64,000 bases of DNA from Podarcis gaigeae (lineage: Eukaryota). The translations under genes were made by a program, and so were the position numbers. The notes below the pieces were generated by a model that was given only the letters and a program-made list of their open reading frames with translations, was not told the DNA's origin and ran no database searches. Below are positions 52,101-63,600 of the stretch, piece by piece (positions within the stretch are counted from its first letter, which is position 1; each line of letters begins with the position of its first letter). The stretch lies in NCBI GenBank assembly GCA_964106915.2, contig OZ066917.1; one strand, written 5' to 3'.

Positions 52101-53127
52101 GCTAAACCTTACAGGTTATTTATGAAAGCTCTACATTCCATATCCATCTACTTTTGTGATTAATGGATTCATGCTGGCCAGAGAAAGAGAGTATTGGGAA
52201 TCCATGTTTGGTTCAAAACGGATTGAAAGAGAAATCCTTGCTATATTCCTCTGGCATTTCTTGTAAAAACATTACCCAAAGTTTTTTTCTCCTCTACACT
52301 GCAGGCCCGGGCCTTTGTCAGCAACACAGGTCTACAAATGAGCACGTGGAAAGGAATGTGTTTATAGTCAATGGGACAGCAACCTAAGTGAGTAACATTC
52401 TTGAAACTTGGTAAAAGATGCTAATATTAAACATGATATAATACTTAGGGGCCTAGGGTGATGAGATAGATTGCTACAATTATAACAATTTGGGAGCCTG
52501 GATTCACTTTCAAGAGAAAGGAGCAAAGGAAAAGACAATATGTGTGGGGGTGGGTGGGGTGGGGGGTGTATACCAGTTAACAACACTGAATGTGGCTTTA
52601 AAATTCCAGGTTGTTAAGAAAATATGGCCCAACTACATAAATACATCTTAATTAGACAGCCAAGCCAACCTTATCTCACCTGGCAGTTGCTTGGTACAGC
52701 AGGGGTTTTAGAACTGTAGGTGATCTAACATAGCACATGCAATGAACTGTTTAGCACATATGGCACATATATTGCAGAAAGGTAACATAAAAGTTTACCT
52801 ACTGCTCTGGGACTTCCTTCATAGAGTACCTGTTCACCATGGGGTAGATTAAAAAGGCAACAGCCGGTTAACTACTAAATTTCTCAGATGCTTTTGCCTT
52901 GGACAAACAAAATAAAATCACTTAATAAGATATCATACTTTCTTCAATTATGAAATGGCTACAATTCACTGAATTTCTCTTTATTATGATGTTGTTATGT
53001 GTAAAAGTAATTTCTGTCTGAACCCTGCCTCAAATAGGAATCTGCGCTACAGCCTTATTCTACCCAGACTTCTGGAGCCTGTTGGCTCCATAATTACTAT
53101 GCTGCCTTGAAGGCATCCCAAAAGAAA

Positions 53128-53425
53128 AGGGCTGAGGCTCAATGGCCAAGAAGCTGCACTGCATGTAGGAGATCACAGATTCAATCCCCAGAATCTCCAG
53201 GTGGAGCTAAAAATGCCTCCATCTGAGACTCCGAAGACTTGCTGTTGGTATAGACCAGAGATGGTCAAAGTGGTCCTCTCCAGATGTTGTAGGACTCAGA
53301 CTTTCACAAGCCCCTTTCCAACATGGCAAATGGTCATGCGTCATCTGGAGATCACCATATTGGCTATCCCTGGTGCAGACGAAACTGAGCTAGATGATAC
53401 TGAACCAGATGGACCAATGGTGGAG
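53128..53425 (+). mobile_element. Decayed tRNA-derived SINE interrupted by a ~120-bp palindromic insert (about 53254-53373)
   Basis: GGGCTGAGGCTCAATGG...GATTCAATCCCC head; CTGAGCTAGATG...GGACCAATGG tail; inner CTCCAGATG...CATCTGGAG inverted repeat. Confidence 0.5.
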
Positions 53426-53499
53426 CCCAAATGGCACATTCTACTAGGGCATTTACAAAGTATTGCTGTATCATTTAGAAGCATTTCCTGCTTTCATCT

Positions 53500-54030
53500 G
53501 CTATTATTATTTGTTATTATTTTTTTCATTTATATACTGCGTATATGCCAAAATGGCTTCTAAGCAGTTTGCAATTATAAAATCTGTTATAAAACCCATA
53601 CATAATCCAAATACACAATAACAATTCCATTAGTGCCTTAAAACACTCTTAGTTAAAATATACAATAAAACAAGCCCGTTAAAATGCACGACAATTGAAG
53701 CAGTTTTTTTAAAAAAACATGAAAACAATAAGAGCAGAAGTTCAGGGGGATGCTTGCCTGAACAGATGTGTCTTTAGGAGCCGGTAGAATGCCAATGCTG
53801 ATGGTGCCTCTTGTATTTCAGTGGGGGGAGGACATTCTGTAACACTGGTGCCACCAGTGAACCACAAGCTGAAAATCATCAGGCTGTGGCACACTGGGTT
53901 CCATTTGCCAATCATAATGCCTTTACTAAGCAACAGAGCTGAATATAGTTTTTCAGGAAAACTGGTACAGAGTTATTTAGGGTTTTGAATGTAATTAACA
54001 GAACCTTAAAACTAGCTTGATGGCTAATGC
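53500..54030 (-). mobile_element. Old L2-like LINE fragment
   Basis: Minus-strand PTEIQEAPSALAFYRLLKTHLFRQA resembles the L2 ORF2 C-terminus (FK..LKTHLF motif). Confidence 0.7.
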
Positions 54031-54101
54031 TGTATTGTTTTTAACACTTGATTGGGAGCTGCCCAGAGTGGCTGGAGAAACTCAGCCAGATGGGCAGGGT
54101 A

Positions 54102-54150
<49 letters not shown>

Positions 54151-54151
54151 G
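54031..54151 (+). mobile_element. LINE (probably L2) 3' end with (AAT)n tail
   Basis: GGGAGCTGCCCAGAGTGGCTGGAGAAACTCAGCCAGATGGGCAGGGTAAAT followed by (AAT)n. Confidence 0.75.
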
Positions 54152-56654
54152 GCGACTACTTCACATCCCTCAACACCGGTACAATATGTGTCTGATAAAG
54201 AGCATCACTCGCCACTGAGGCTGCTGCATTCTGCCTCTGGACCATCTACCTGCCTCTCCTCATGGTTACTTTACCCTGCTGAATTGTAAAGCTAACCCTG
54301 GGCAAGCAACAGTGGGTATGTTTACCTGTCCTTCTAGCTCAGCCACCACACCTTCCTTAGAAAATGCCTCAGTGCATACTTACCTCTCCTGTAGGTAAGG
54401 AAAGTAGGTGGGGTATATTAATAGTAACATGATGTGAATCCTGCATGTCGCAGAGCTGGCTGTGTTGTGCCTGTGTTGGACCTTTTCAGAATCGGCTTTA
54501 GAGCTTCAGCACAAAGAACTTTGGTCCCAAGCTGTGCCGTGAGTGCATTTAGCAGTGCTCAGGAAATCATTGAATCATATATTTGGAAGGGCTCTAAACT
54601 TATCCCCTGCCCTCAGGTAGAACCATCCATCAGCCAGCCCCTCCAATAAAGTCACTAATTCAGCTTAGCAGCTTGATTCACAGCTCAGTTAGAATGAAGC
54701 CTGCTAGATACCGATTCCAGAGGTTTACGAGTGCTCAGTTGTGCGCATGGACGGCCCACCAATCACAGGCCTCTCTGCTCATTCCAATGCATGGGGAACA
54801 AGACCCGTGCTTGCAACTTCGTAACAGTATCTTTAATTCAAACACTTGTCCAAATAAAATGTATCTATAAATTTGAGAAAACCTCCTTGGCGAGCCGCAC
54901 AATGAACAGAGCAAGGGGAGCCAACGAATAGAAGCAAAACTATCTGGAAAGAAAATCTTTATTCAGTGAGCTGACGGAGCAGTCGAGGCTTGAACTCATT
55001 AGCTAGAAATGATTAATACAGATGGGAGAAAATGGTAGAGCATTCCCCTAGGAGAAGGTGAAGCAATTACAAATATAATAAATAAGATTAATTTTCACCA
55101 ACAGTGGGGAGTTTGTTTGGTTAGGTTACGACCGCAAGTCTCTACTGGCAAGTCTGAATGTCCGTATGAATAGAGAGCATGAGATATCTTGGTATCTGTT
55201 CACTACAGTACGGCAGACTTCAAACATTACAACATTGTTGTCTCTGTGCATGTTTACATGTAATTTAAAAACCAAACCATAAATAAACAAAGGGGACAAC
55301 TGTGCAAGCACCAGGACAAGAAGAGCCTTGTGTGCTGACTCTGAGATTGAAAGCAGATGTCCAGTTCTCTAATTAGGCACGATTCAAGCTGCCTGTAGCG
55401 CATAAAAGCCGTTGTTTGGGAATTGGTGGGAGGGGCCAATCTAACATAAACATTATTTGTCTTTTTTTGCTGCACATGGCAAGAGATTAAAGCAAACGCC
55501 AACACATTAATCACGGGGAAAATAGTCTTCAGGGAAGGCACTTACATATGTACCTCTGGTATCTTTCAAAAGTGAAATGTTTAGAAGTCGGGGTTTACGG
55601 TGCTTATTATTCAGGCATAGTAGGCCTGAATAGTTAAGGCACAACCCCATGCACCGTTCCTGAGAGGGAGGTCTGCATGGCTTGGCTATGGCTGACCATG
55701 AAATTGGGTATATTGATTTGTTCCAAGCAAGTTCCAAAAGGATTTTTCACATGATAACAAGTGAATGAGAGATTGGAGGGTTGGTCTTTCCCCCACCTAT
55801 CAATACACTTTCCTAAGAGTGAATTATTTTCATGTATTGAAAATATCAAGATTCACTTTATGTCCTTCCTGGATGATTTGTGGATTTGAGGTGAGTTATA
55901 TCTGCAAAGCTCTTGAGAAACTTTTGGCTTTGTTTGGCAGCACCACAGCCAACTTTAGTTCTATACCCCACTATTTCACACTTGAAAATCCGGCATGCTT
56001 GCAATACTCCAGTGATCATTGTCCAAGGTCCTACCTTTATATCAGAGTTATATCGGCCTGTTGGCTTCCATTATGCTGTTGCTCTCCAGCTCTCATCAGC
56101 CCCAACTACTGGGTAATGGTCAGGGATGACTGGAGATCCCCTTCCCTGCTTTACATATGAAAGGTTGTTCACCACTTGCTATATGGTGTCTTGGTTTATT
56201 CTGCAATAGTCCAGCACCCACTGATTTAAAAGCTGAGATACATTTTTGTATCAATGTGAAAGTATTTTATCAATATTAAAGGTGTGAAACCCCCCTTTTA
56301 AAAAAATGCTGTTGATGTTCACTTGGAAGCATCGAAACATTTTGATTACATACTTGTGACCTCAATGCTATCAGTGTGAAATGATGTGATTTGGATCAAC
56401 TGCCATTTGAGCACATCAGTTTATGAGGTGAAAAGAACGAACCCAGAGTCTATCAGCCATTTCCCCCTGTTTTTGTTATCTAAATTTTATTGATTTTTCA
56501 GCATAGTTACAATAACAATATAAAAGCATTCCACCCCACTTTCCCAACACACTTCCTTTTGTGCCATAACTAAGTTCTAATTGCATTAGAATTTTAATTG
56601 CATTAACTTTAGCTTCCATAGTTTTTATATTGCTTTTATTACAGGGTGAGTCAT

Positions 56655-56840
56655 GGAAGAGCATAGATGAGCAGTACAGCACCTGCTATGCATTCATAAT
56701 GTCCTAAGTTCACTCCCTGGCATCTCCAGGTAGGTATGGGAAAGATCCACACCTGAAACACTGGATAGCTGCTGCCAGTCAGTGTAGACAGTACTGTGCA
56801 AGATGAACAAATGACCTGACACAGTATAAGGTGGAATGTA
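56655..56840 (+). mobile_element. Decayed tRNA-derived SINE
   Basis: GTTCACTCCCTGGCATCTCCAGGTAGG...GCTGCTGCCAGTCAGTGTAGACAGTACTG body shared with 10530 and 59702. Confidence 0.6.
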
Positions 56841-57071
56841 CACACATAGAAAAAAAACACTGTGAAAAAGATTTTTTTTTTAAGTTTTGAAAAATACATG
56901 GAATTTTGCATAGCTCCCTTTCACCATCTAGTGTCACATTTGTATATTGCACTTTACAACACATTTAAAACGTTTCATTTACAGCTGTATAATACAGATT
57001 CCTATGTTTCTATATGCCATGAGTGTTTGGTTAGAGTATAAATTCTGTAAACAAATAATCAAATACGTAAT

Positions 57072-57831
57072 TGTCAGGGGTTCAGAAGGAGAGACACAGG
57101 AGGGGGAGCAAATGGAGAGTGAGGAGGAGGAGTACGAGGGAGGCGCAGGCAGTGACAGTGGCCAGAGTTATTCCACAAGCCTCTCTAGCGAATCGGAGGA
57201 CTCACAGAAGGGAGCGCCGGTGGCCAGAGCGAAGGGGGCTCCAGGGGGGAAGCCCCAGGAGGAAGGGGCTAGCGGGGAGTCCCTGAGCAGCAGTTGGAAA
57301 TCAGGACCAGCTTCTCCACCAGAGCGCAGTGGGGAGGGGGAGTCCCAGGAGTCGGGACCAGTGTCCTCACCACCAGAGGGAGGAGAGGAGTCAGGTTTGG
57401 CAACGCCCACATCAGGAAGCGGGGAAACGGTCAGAAGGAAAGTCACCGGCTGGGCGCGCGCGCCAAGTTCAAATGTACAGGAGCGCGGCACAGCAGGGAG
57501 CCCAGAAAGGGAGCCAGGTCCTAAAGCCCTCCGGAGTGAGGGGCAAGACTCAGGAGGTTCAGCGTCAGAGGAGTCCAGGAAGGAGGGAACCCCAGAGGGC
57601 AGAAAGACCCAGCGAAGGAAAGAGCAGCGTAGGAGGTGGAGCTGGGCTAGAATCTTAAACTGGTGTGGGTGGAGCAGTGAGTCAGAGGGGACTTAGCCGG
57701 TCTAGCGTTGAGACGTGGGTCTGCGCGCCCAGAGCTTGGAAATGGAAACTAAACTTTAATAAAGACTTTTGTATATAACATCCACTGGGCGTTGGTCCTC
57801 TGTGAGCTGGGACCTAGTGGCAGTCCTGACA
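57072..57831 (+). mobile_element. Young-looking solo LTR (760 bp, Gypsy-like) with an uninterrupted internal ORF
   Basis: TGTCAGG...CCTGACA termini; perfect 5-bp TSD GTAAT at 57067-57071 and 57832-57836; AATAAA at 57758-57763; CpGs retained. Confidence 0.92.
57073..57696 (+). CDS. LTR-encoded 207-aa S/E/G-rich disordered polypeptide with a C-terminal basic/Trp motif (first ATG at 57112)
   Basis: No stop from LTR base 2 to TAG at 57694-57696; ends TPEGRKTQRRKEQRRRWSWARILNWCGWSSESEGT*. Confidence 0.55.
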   Translation, partial: VRGSEGETQEGEQMESEEEEYEGGAGSDSGQSYSTSLSSESEDSQKGAPVARAKGAPGGKPQEEGASGESLSSSWKSGPASPPERSGEGESQESGPVSSPPEGGEESGLATPTSGSGETVRRKVTGWARAPSSNVQERGTAGSPEREPGPKALRSEGQDSGGSASEESRKEGTPEGRKTQRRKEQRRRWSWARILNWCGWSSESEGT

Positions 57832-59199
57832 GTAATGAACTCTGGGACCGAGTGTGACATGAAATAATATTTCAACAGTTCAGGCTACATACACAGAGAG
57901 AAAAGAAGTGTCAATGAAAAAGGGAAGGCAAAAGGTGGAGGAAGCCTGAATATGGTTTTCATAAAACGGCACATGCTTTTGCCATGTGGAATGCTTTTGT
58001 CACACTTTCCTGTGATTTTCATTCCTGTGAGTTTTCCCTCCTTTTGGTTACCCTAGATCTTAGAACAATCTGCAATCATGGCTCCATGATCTGGGAAAGC
58101 TTCCATGAACAGAGATCAATGAATGAAGGCTTACATGTCTCAGATGTCCATGCCAATGTGTGAGTGAATTGTGGGCTTGCCCCATTCAACATCCTGTACC
58201 TCCTCATGCATATGAATAATCAACATGTGGAGGGGGGTTGGTACTGTCCCTTCCTTCCTTCCATGAACTGATCTTCTCCAAATGCACAGAGCCTATGCAT
58301 TTAGAAGCTGTACATTTGGAGGTGGCTGGGGCTCATTGACACTGGTGGGGCAGAAGGAAGAGAGACCAATATTAGGTGGACCAAACGAATGATAGGCAGC
58401 ATCAACAAATTCTAGTCCCAATGATCCTTCCTGTTGACATCTACAGGGGTCAACACTGACCCAAGAAGAAGGAAGCTAGCAGACAGTTCTACAGCTAGCC
58501 AGCCAGCCAGCCAGTTGGGAGTTGGTGAAGGTTGATTGGGTAATGCAACATTTGTCCAAATGAAGCAGTCTCCTCTGTCATGTGTTACATTGTGTTCTCT
58601 GTGCATGATCTAGAAACCATATGTACAAAATGTGCAGCTTGCAGATGTTTAAGCTTTGACTGCACAAAGTCAGTCAACATGTGGGTCGTAGGGGTGAGAC
58701 CAGTGGGCACCCTCACTCTTTCTACATATACTTTTGTTGTACTCAAAGTATGTGGACCTTTATTTAGCATAGTATCAAAAGACTGCAAGCGTCTCTCCAG
58801 TGTCTCAGAACTTTGTCATGTTTTTCACATTATCCGCTACCCACCTGGTCTGTGCAGCTGTCCATCTCTCCACCAGTGCCATCCAGGGGGCCATAAAGAC
58901 TTCACCTTTAGTTTTCAGACAGACACAATGCACAATACAAAGTGAAGTGCCATGTCTTACTTGTAAAGATTTCATCATCGTCGGATAGCCCTGTACTGTA
59001 TGCAAATAATTTCATTTTCTTCCCCCTGTCCATCAATTCATATGGCTCAATTAACAAGGAAAATGTTTGTGTTTTGTCTATTCAGCAGTGGCTAATCACC
59101 ATATACATAATTATCTATCCCTTCTTGAATAGGAATAATCACTGCGAAGATTTAAGAAACAAGAGGCAAAGGCAGGAAGATTAGTGTGCTGGCGACATA

Positions 59200-59610
59200 G
59201 GTGATTATCCTAAGCAACTATCTAATTATTTATAACCTTGATTCACGTATATAGTAAATATATCTCTTTTCCCCATGCTTGTTGACACCTAGAGTAATTA
59301 TTCACTGGAAGGTAACTCTCCGAGGCACCATTTCTATCTTCCTTAATTGCTCAAGTACCAGCTTACACTAGATCAGCATTGATGAGCAGTGACATCGCCC
59401 TGTCAGCCAAGTAATTTGTTGGCAGCAAATGCCATCGACGGTTTAGTCCCCGTCTTTCAAGATTCCTCATGCAAATAAGACACCATAATTAGCACTGACC
59501 TTTGCCTAATGCTGGTTGCCAATCACTCGCGCACCATCCTGGCCGGGATGCGGGGGGTGCACCGTCTTTGAGCCAGTTATAGCAATTGAGACAATGAGTG
59601 GCAGAAGTAG
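59200..59610. promoter_or_regulatory. Candidate developmental enhancer or conserved non-coding element
   Basis: Repeat-free; octamer ATGCAAAT 59469-59476; TAATTA at 59223, 59295 and 59486; GCCAATCA near 59518; retained CpG cluster 59528-59563. Confidence 0.4.
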
Positions 59611-59701
59611 GACCAACACAGAAAGACAAAGATGCTGCTTGGTGAGTCTGCTGTGCTTATGGTATCTTAAGGGATTTAATGGTCTTACAGAGTGTGTGCT
59701 G

Positions 59702-59895
59702 GGGAAGGGCCATAGCTCAGTGATAAAGCATTTGCTTTGCATGTTGAATGTCCTGGGTTCAATCCCAGCTGAGGTAGGGTAGGAAGAGAACTCTGCCGGA
59801 AGCTCTGGAGGAATCCTATCAGCAAGTGTAGACCATGCTGTCTTAGATAATTCAGTGGTCTGGCTTGGGTATAAGACAGCTTTGTTTGTTCCTAG
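59702..59895 (+). mobile_element. tRNA(Ala-like)-derived squamate SINE
   Basis: GGGCCATAGCTCAGTGATAAAGCATTTGCTTTGCATGTTGAATGTCCTGGGTTCAATCCC (A/B boxes, TGC anticodon-like loop). Confidence 0.75.
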
Positions 59896-60003
59896 GCTAC
59901 CTACCTCCACCGTTTTTCCCATGGAAGCTTCCAGCTCATGACTCATTCTCCATTAATAGGAGATTCCAGTTTTTCATGTCACTGTCATGGAGATGCTTTA
60001 TTT

Positions 60004-60240
60004 CAGGGATGGCCAATAGGTAGATCGTGATCTACTGGTAGATCACGGGGTGCCTGTGGTAGATTGCGGTAGATCTTGGAACCTCTCCCACCCCCCCAAC
60101 AACTTTGAGCTCCCCCCAAAAGCTCAACAATTTCAACATTAAAAAAAGCTCACCAACCTTGGTCAATCCAGTTGGTAGATCACTGCCAGTTTTTTTATAG
60201 TGGGAGTAGATCGCAGTCTCTTGGAAGTTGAACAAACCTG
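60004..60240. mobile_element. hAT-type MITE with internal GGTAGATC repeats
   Basis: CAGGG...CCTG termini; 8-bp TSD CTTTATTT/TTTTATTT. Confidence 0.75.
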
Positions 60241-60271
60241 TTTTATTTTATTGTGACATTCAAAGCTGCAG

Positions 60272-60685
60272 TTGATGATGATGATGGTGATGGTGATGAT
60301 AATATATTTATACCACACCCATCTGGCTTGGGTTTCCCCAGCCACTCTGTGCAGCTCCCAACAGAATATTAAACATGATAAAACATAAAACATTAAAAAC
60401 TTCCCTAAACAGGGCTGCCTTCAGATGTCTTCTAAAAGTCAGATAGTTGTTTATTTCCTTGACATCCAATGGGAGGGCATTGCACAGAGTGGGTTACACG
60501 ACAAAGAAGGCCCTCTGCCTGGTTCCCTGTAACCTCACTTCTCACAAAAGGCCCTCAGTGCTGGACCTCAGTGTCTAGGAAGAACGATGAGGATGGGGAC
60601 GCTCCTTCAGGTATACTGGGCCAAGGCCATTTAGGGCTTTAAAGGTCAGAACCAACACTTTGAATTGTGCTTGGAAATATGCTTA
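60272..60685 (-). mobile_element. L2-like LINE 3' fragment
   Basis: Same 3' end as 9860-9945, continuing into GGGCTGCCTTCAGATGTCTTCTAAAAG...GGGCTTTAAAGGTCAGAACCAACACTTTGAATTG. Confidence 0.75.
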
Positions 60686-63600
60686 TGATGGACAAGACAG
60701 ATGCACTGGCAGGACACGTTAGAGGGACTGATTTGTTTATTTGAAGTTTTGCATGCTCCCCTTCATTAGAGGGCCACACGGTGATTAATATCAAAATTTC
60801 TGCAGCTCCCAGAATCTCCTGAATGAAAATAAATGCTCATTCTGATGTGTTGGGTTTTTAAAAAAATATATAAAGTACCTTGTAGTGTATCTTGGTTTGG
60901 ATCCTAGTTTCGAGAGCTTCCATTCAGAGAAGGAGATTTGCATTCAAAGGAGGGGACTTTCTAAAAGCAGAGAGGGTGCTTCCATCAATGGAGGTAAAAC
61001 ATAGGATCCAAACCTTTCGTTTCAGCAAATCTTTTGGTCAGCTGCATGAAGGAGCAGACTTTCCCAAAGAAGAAGTCAGTGGCATACACTGCTTTCATGT
61101 ACCAAAGTGTTCATACCCAGTTCCCCAAAAAGGAAGAATCAGGGAAGCGAATAAGACCTTACCTTGGTGCCCACCAAATGTCCCTGGGCTGGCTGCAACT
61201 CCCATAATCGGTGATCAATGACTTTGCTGGCTGGGGTTGATGGGAGATGTAGATTGGGCCTTCCTGATCATATCCCTTGATGATTTTAAAAGAGGATTAG
61301 GCAAATTCACACCAAAACTATCAAGAAATTCTAATGCCCTCTGTGAATGAGTCAAGAAAATAAAAGCCTCTTTCACAGGGCATGAGCATTAGAGGTGAGG
61401 TTTTGGCATAGCACTGCCTTGTAAAATTTCCCTTGTACCACAATTTAAAGTAGTAGATCCAAGTACCTTATATCACTAGGTGGCATGCAATTAACTTGGA
61501 AGCAACTTTTTAAAGCTGGCAAGACAGAATTCAGGATGCTCAGAGACAGAGTGCTGCTATTGCAATGTTTAAAACAACTTACACACCAGGACCTCACATA
61601 TACATTTTTGCTTTGCAAAGAAGTGAGCGGTGAAGAACACGCTGAAAAACACAAGTGTTAAGCAAAAGAAAACTGCCATTTACAGCTCTTCAACCAATGC
61701 ACCAAACTGGAACTTAATTAATGTGTCAAAAGTAGAGCAGCAGAGAGCCCCGATCCATACCATGCTAGGGCACATAAAGGAAAGAAGATATTTTGTATGA
61801 CAAACCAAAGTCTTATAAGGGTCAATAATCAACAGTATCTAGGCATTACGGTGTTATCCGGAAAGGAGGCTTCATAAATATAAATGGGCAGAGCTGAAAA
61901 GCCATTAGAATCCACTGAGAAGGTTAAAAACTTTATTCATTCTTGGAAAGAACTAGACAAGCATACCTTTCCACTATAATCAATTCTTTAAGGATTATTC
62001 TTCTTTTGTTTGGGGCAAATTGCTTGCTGTCTCCTTCACTGTCAAGTCAATCCATTAGAACATAAATCTCCTAGAGTCAGTCTTTTATTGCCTACGTAAA
62101 ATACAAAGGAACAGTAACCCGACACTTCAATAATTTCATTCCACAAGCAGCTGCACTGACAGTTCCTGGTGCACTACGAGCCACCCCACCCCTTCCATAG
62201 AATGGAACACTTTCTCTTGAATTGCTGGCTCAGCCCATCGGATGACTCTATTAATCTTCACTCATTTAGCAAATAGCTGCTGCTGAACACCACAAAAAGG
62301 GGCCTTTTTGTGGATATGATCTGTATCTGGTCAGTTTACGGAATTTGCATCTCATGCCACAACCTGCTCTGAAGACATTCCATATCCAGGTACCCTTTGC
62401 CACCCATCAGTGCAGGACTATATATGCCTCACAACTATCAGAGCTGTGTGTGGACATAGCGTGGTCTTTTAATCACAATTGCTACTTTCCCTTTCCAGTG
62501 GAATAGCAGTCAGGCAGAGAAGACAATTGGTCCCACTCACATAGGGCTGTGCTGAAACCCGCCCTCCGGTTTCTCCAAAGGGTTATTCCACTACAAAAGA
62601 GATTTTCTGATTTTATGCCTCATTTGAGATGGTGAAATGAAAATGTACAAGATTATTTTCATGTGGGTATTTTGAGATGGGTGGAAATAAATTAAGTAGG
62701 AATCTAATCACAGAGTTGTCTAGTGTAGCAACTTTTCTCTTGCTAGTTTTCTTCAGGAAAAGGGAGAAGCAAAGGGCTGATGGGCTGGAAATAGAGGGTG
62801 ATTTTTGTCCAGCTTGTATCTTTTTTAATGTAGTCGTAAACCACAAAGTTGCTTTTCTTTTCTTCTTTCTTCTCTGAACTGGAATGATCGTGCAATGTTG
62901 AAATATTGTCTGACACCAGCTCATTCTTTTAATAGAGATGCAAAGTTTGTCACTAATAGAACTGAAACCATTTTGTTCTTATGTTGTGAACTACCATACA
63001 GTGTGTTGAATTGTGCAGCTTTTTCATTTAATCTGTGATGTTGAATTGCCTGCATTAGATTGTACATTAGATTATGACACAGAGAAGAGTGTTTTATGAG
63101 GGATGGGGGAGAATGTCAGTTAAGTTTACATTTAAAAGGACCAATCAAAGACACACTTTCCGAAGCAATGCACAAGCTGTCACAGACGCCCTTCAAAATT
63201 TACACTGCTCTGAACTTGCAGTGCAGTTCTGCGGCCAAGTAATGTGTGCAAAAGTGCATATTACCGAGTAGCATACACATTAAAAACCATATAGTAGTGA
63301 AAATGGCACACAACCATGTATTATGTTAGACAAAATTGCATACAGACATATTAGGATAAATTCACACTAAAATTACGATAGATTTTCATGCGGATTTTTC
63401 CTAATAAAATTGCAAACCGATAGGAAATATGGAGAACTGAAAACATTGGGAAGAAATGAGAACAACCAAAATTCACAGCTTTGTCCATTCCTGATATCTA
63501 TACAGAACGGTCTGCAGTTTGGGGCTGTACATTTATTTCAGTATGTCAAATATTTGTAATCAGATATTTCTTTTTTTATTTATATCCATTTCTACCAGGC

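Noticed and set aside
56947-57071. N-terminal part of the 249-aa ORF call
   Set aside because: It lies outside the LTR in AT-rich flank and starts at TTG; a chance extension of the LTR frame
59702-59770. Possible tRNA-Ala gene
   Set aside because: Degenerate cloverleaf followed by a SINE body shared with other copies in the window
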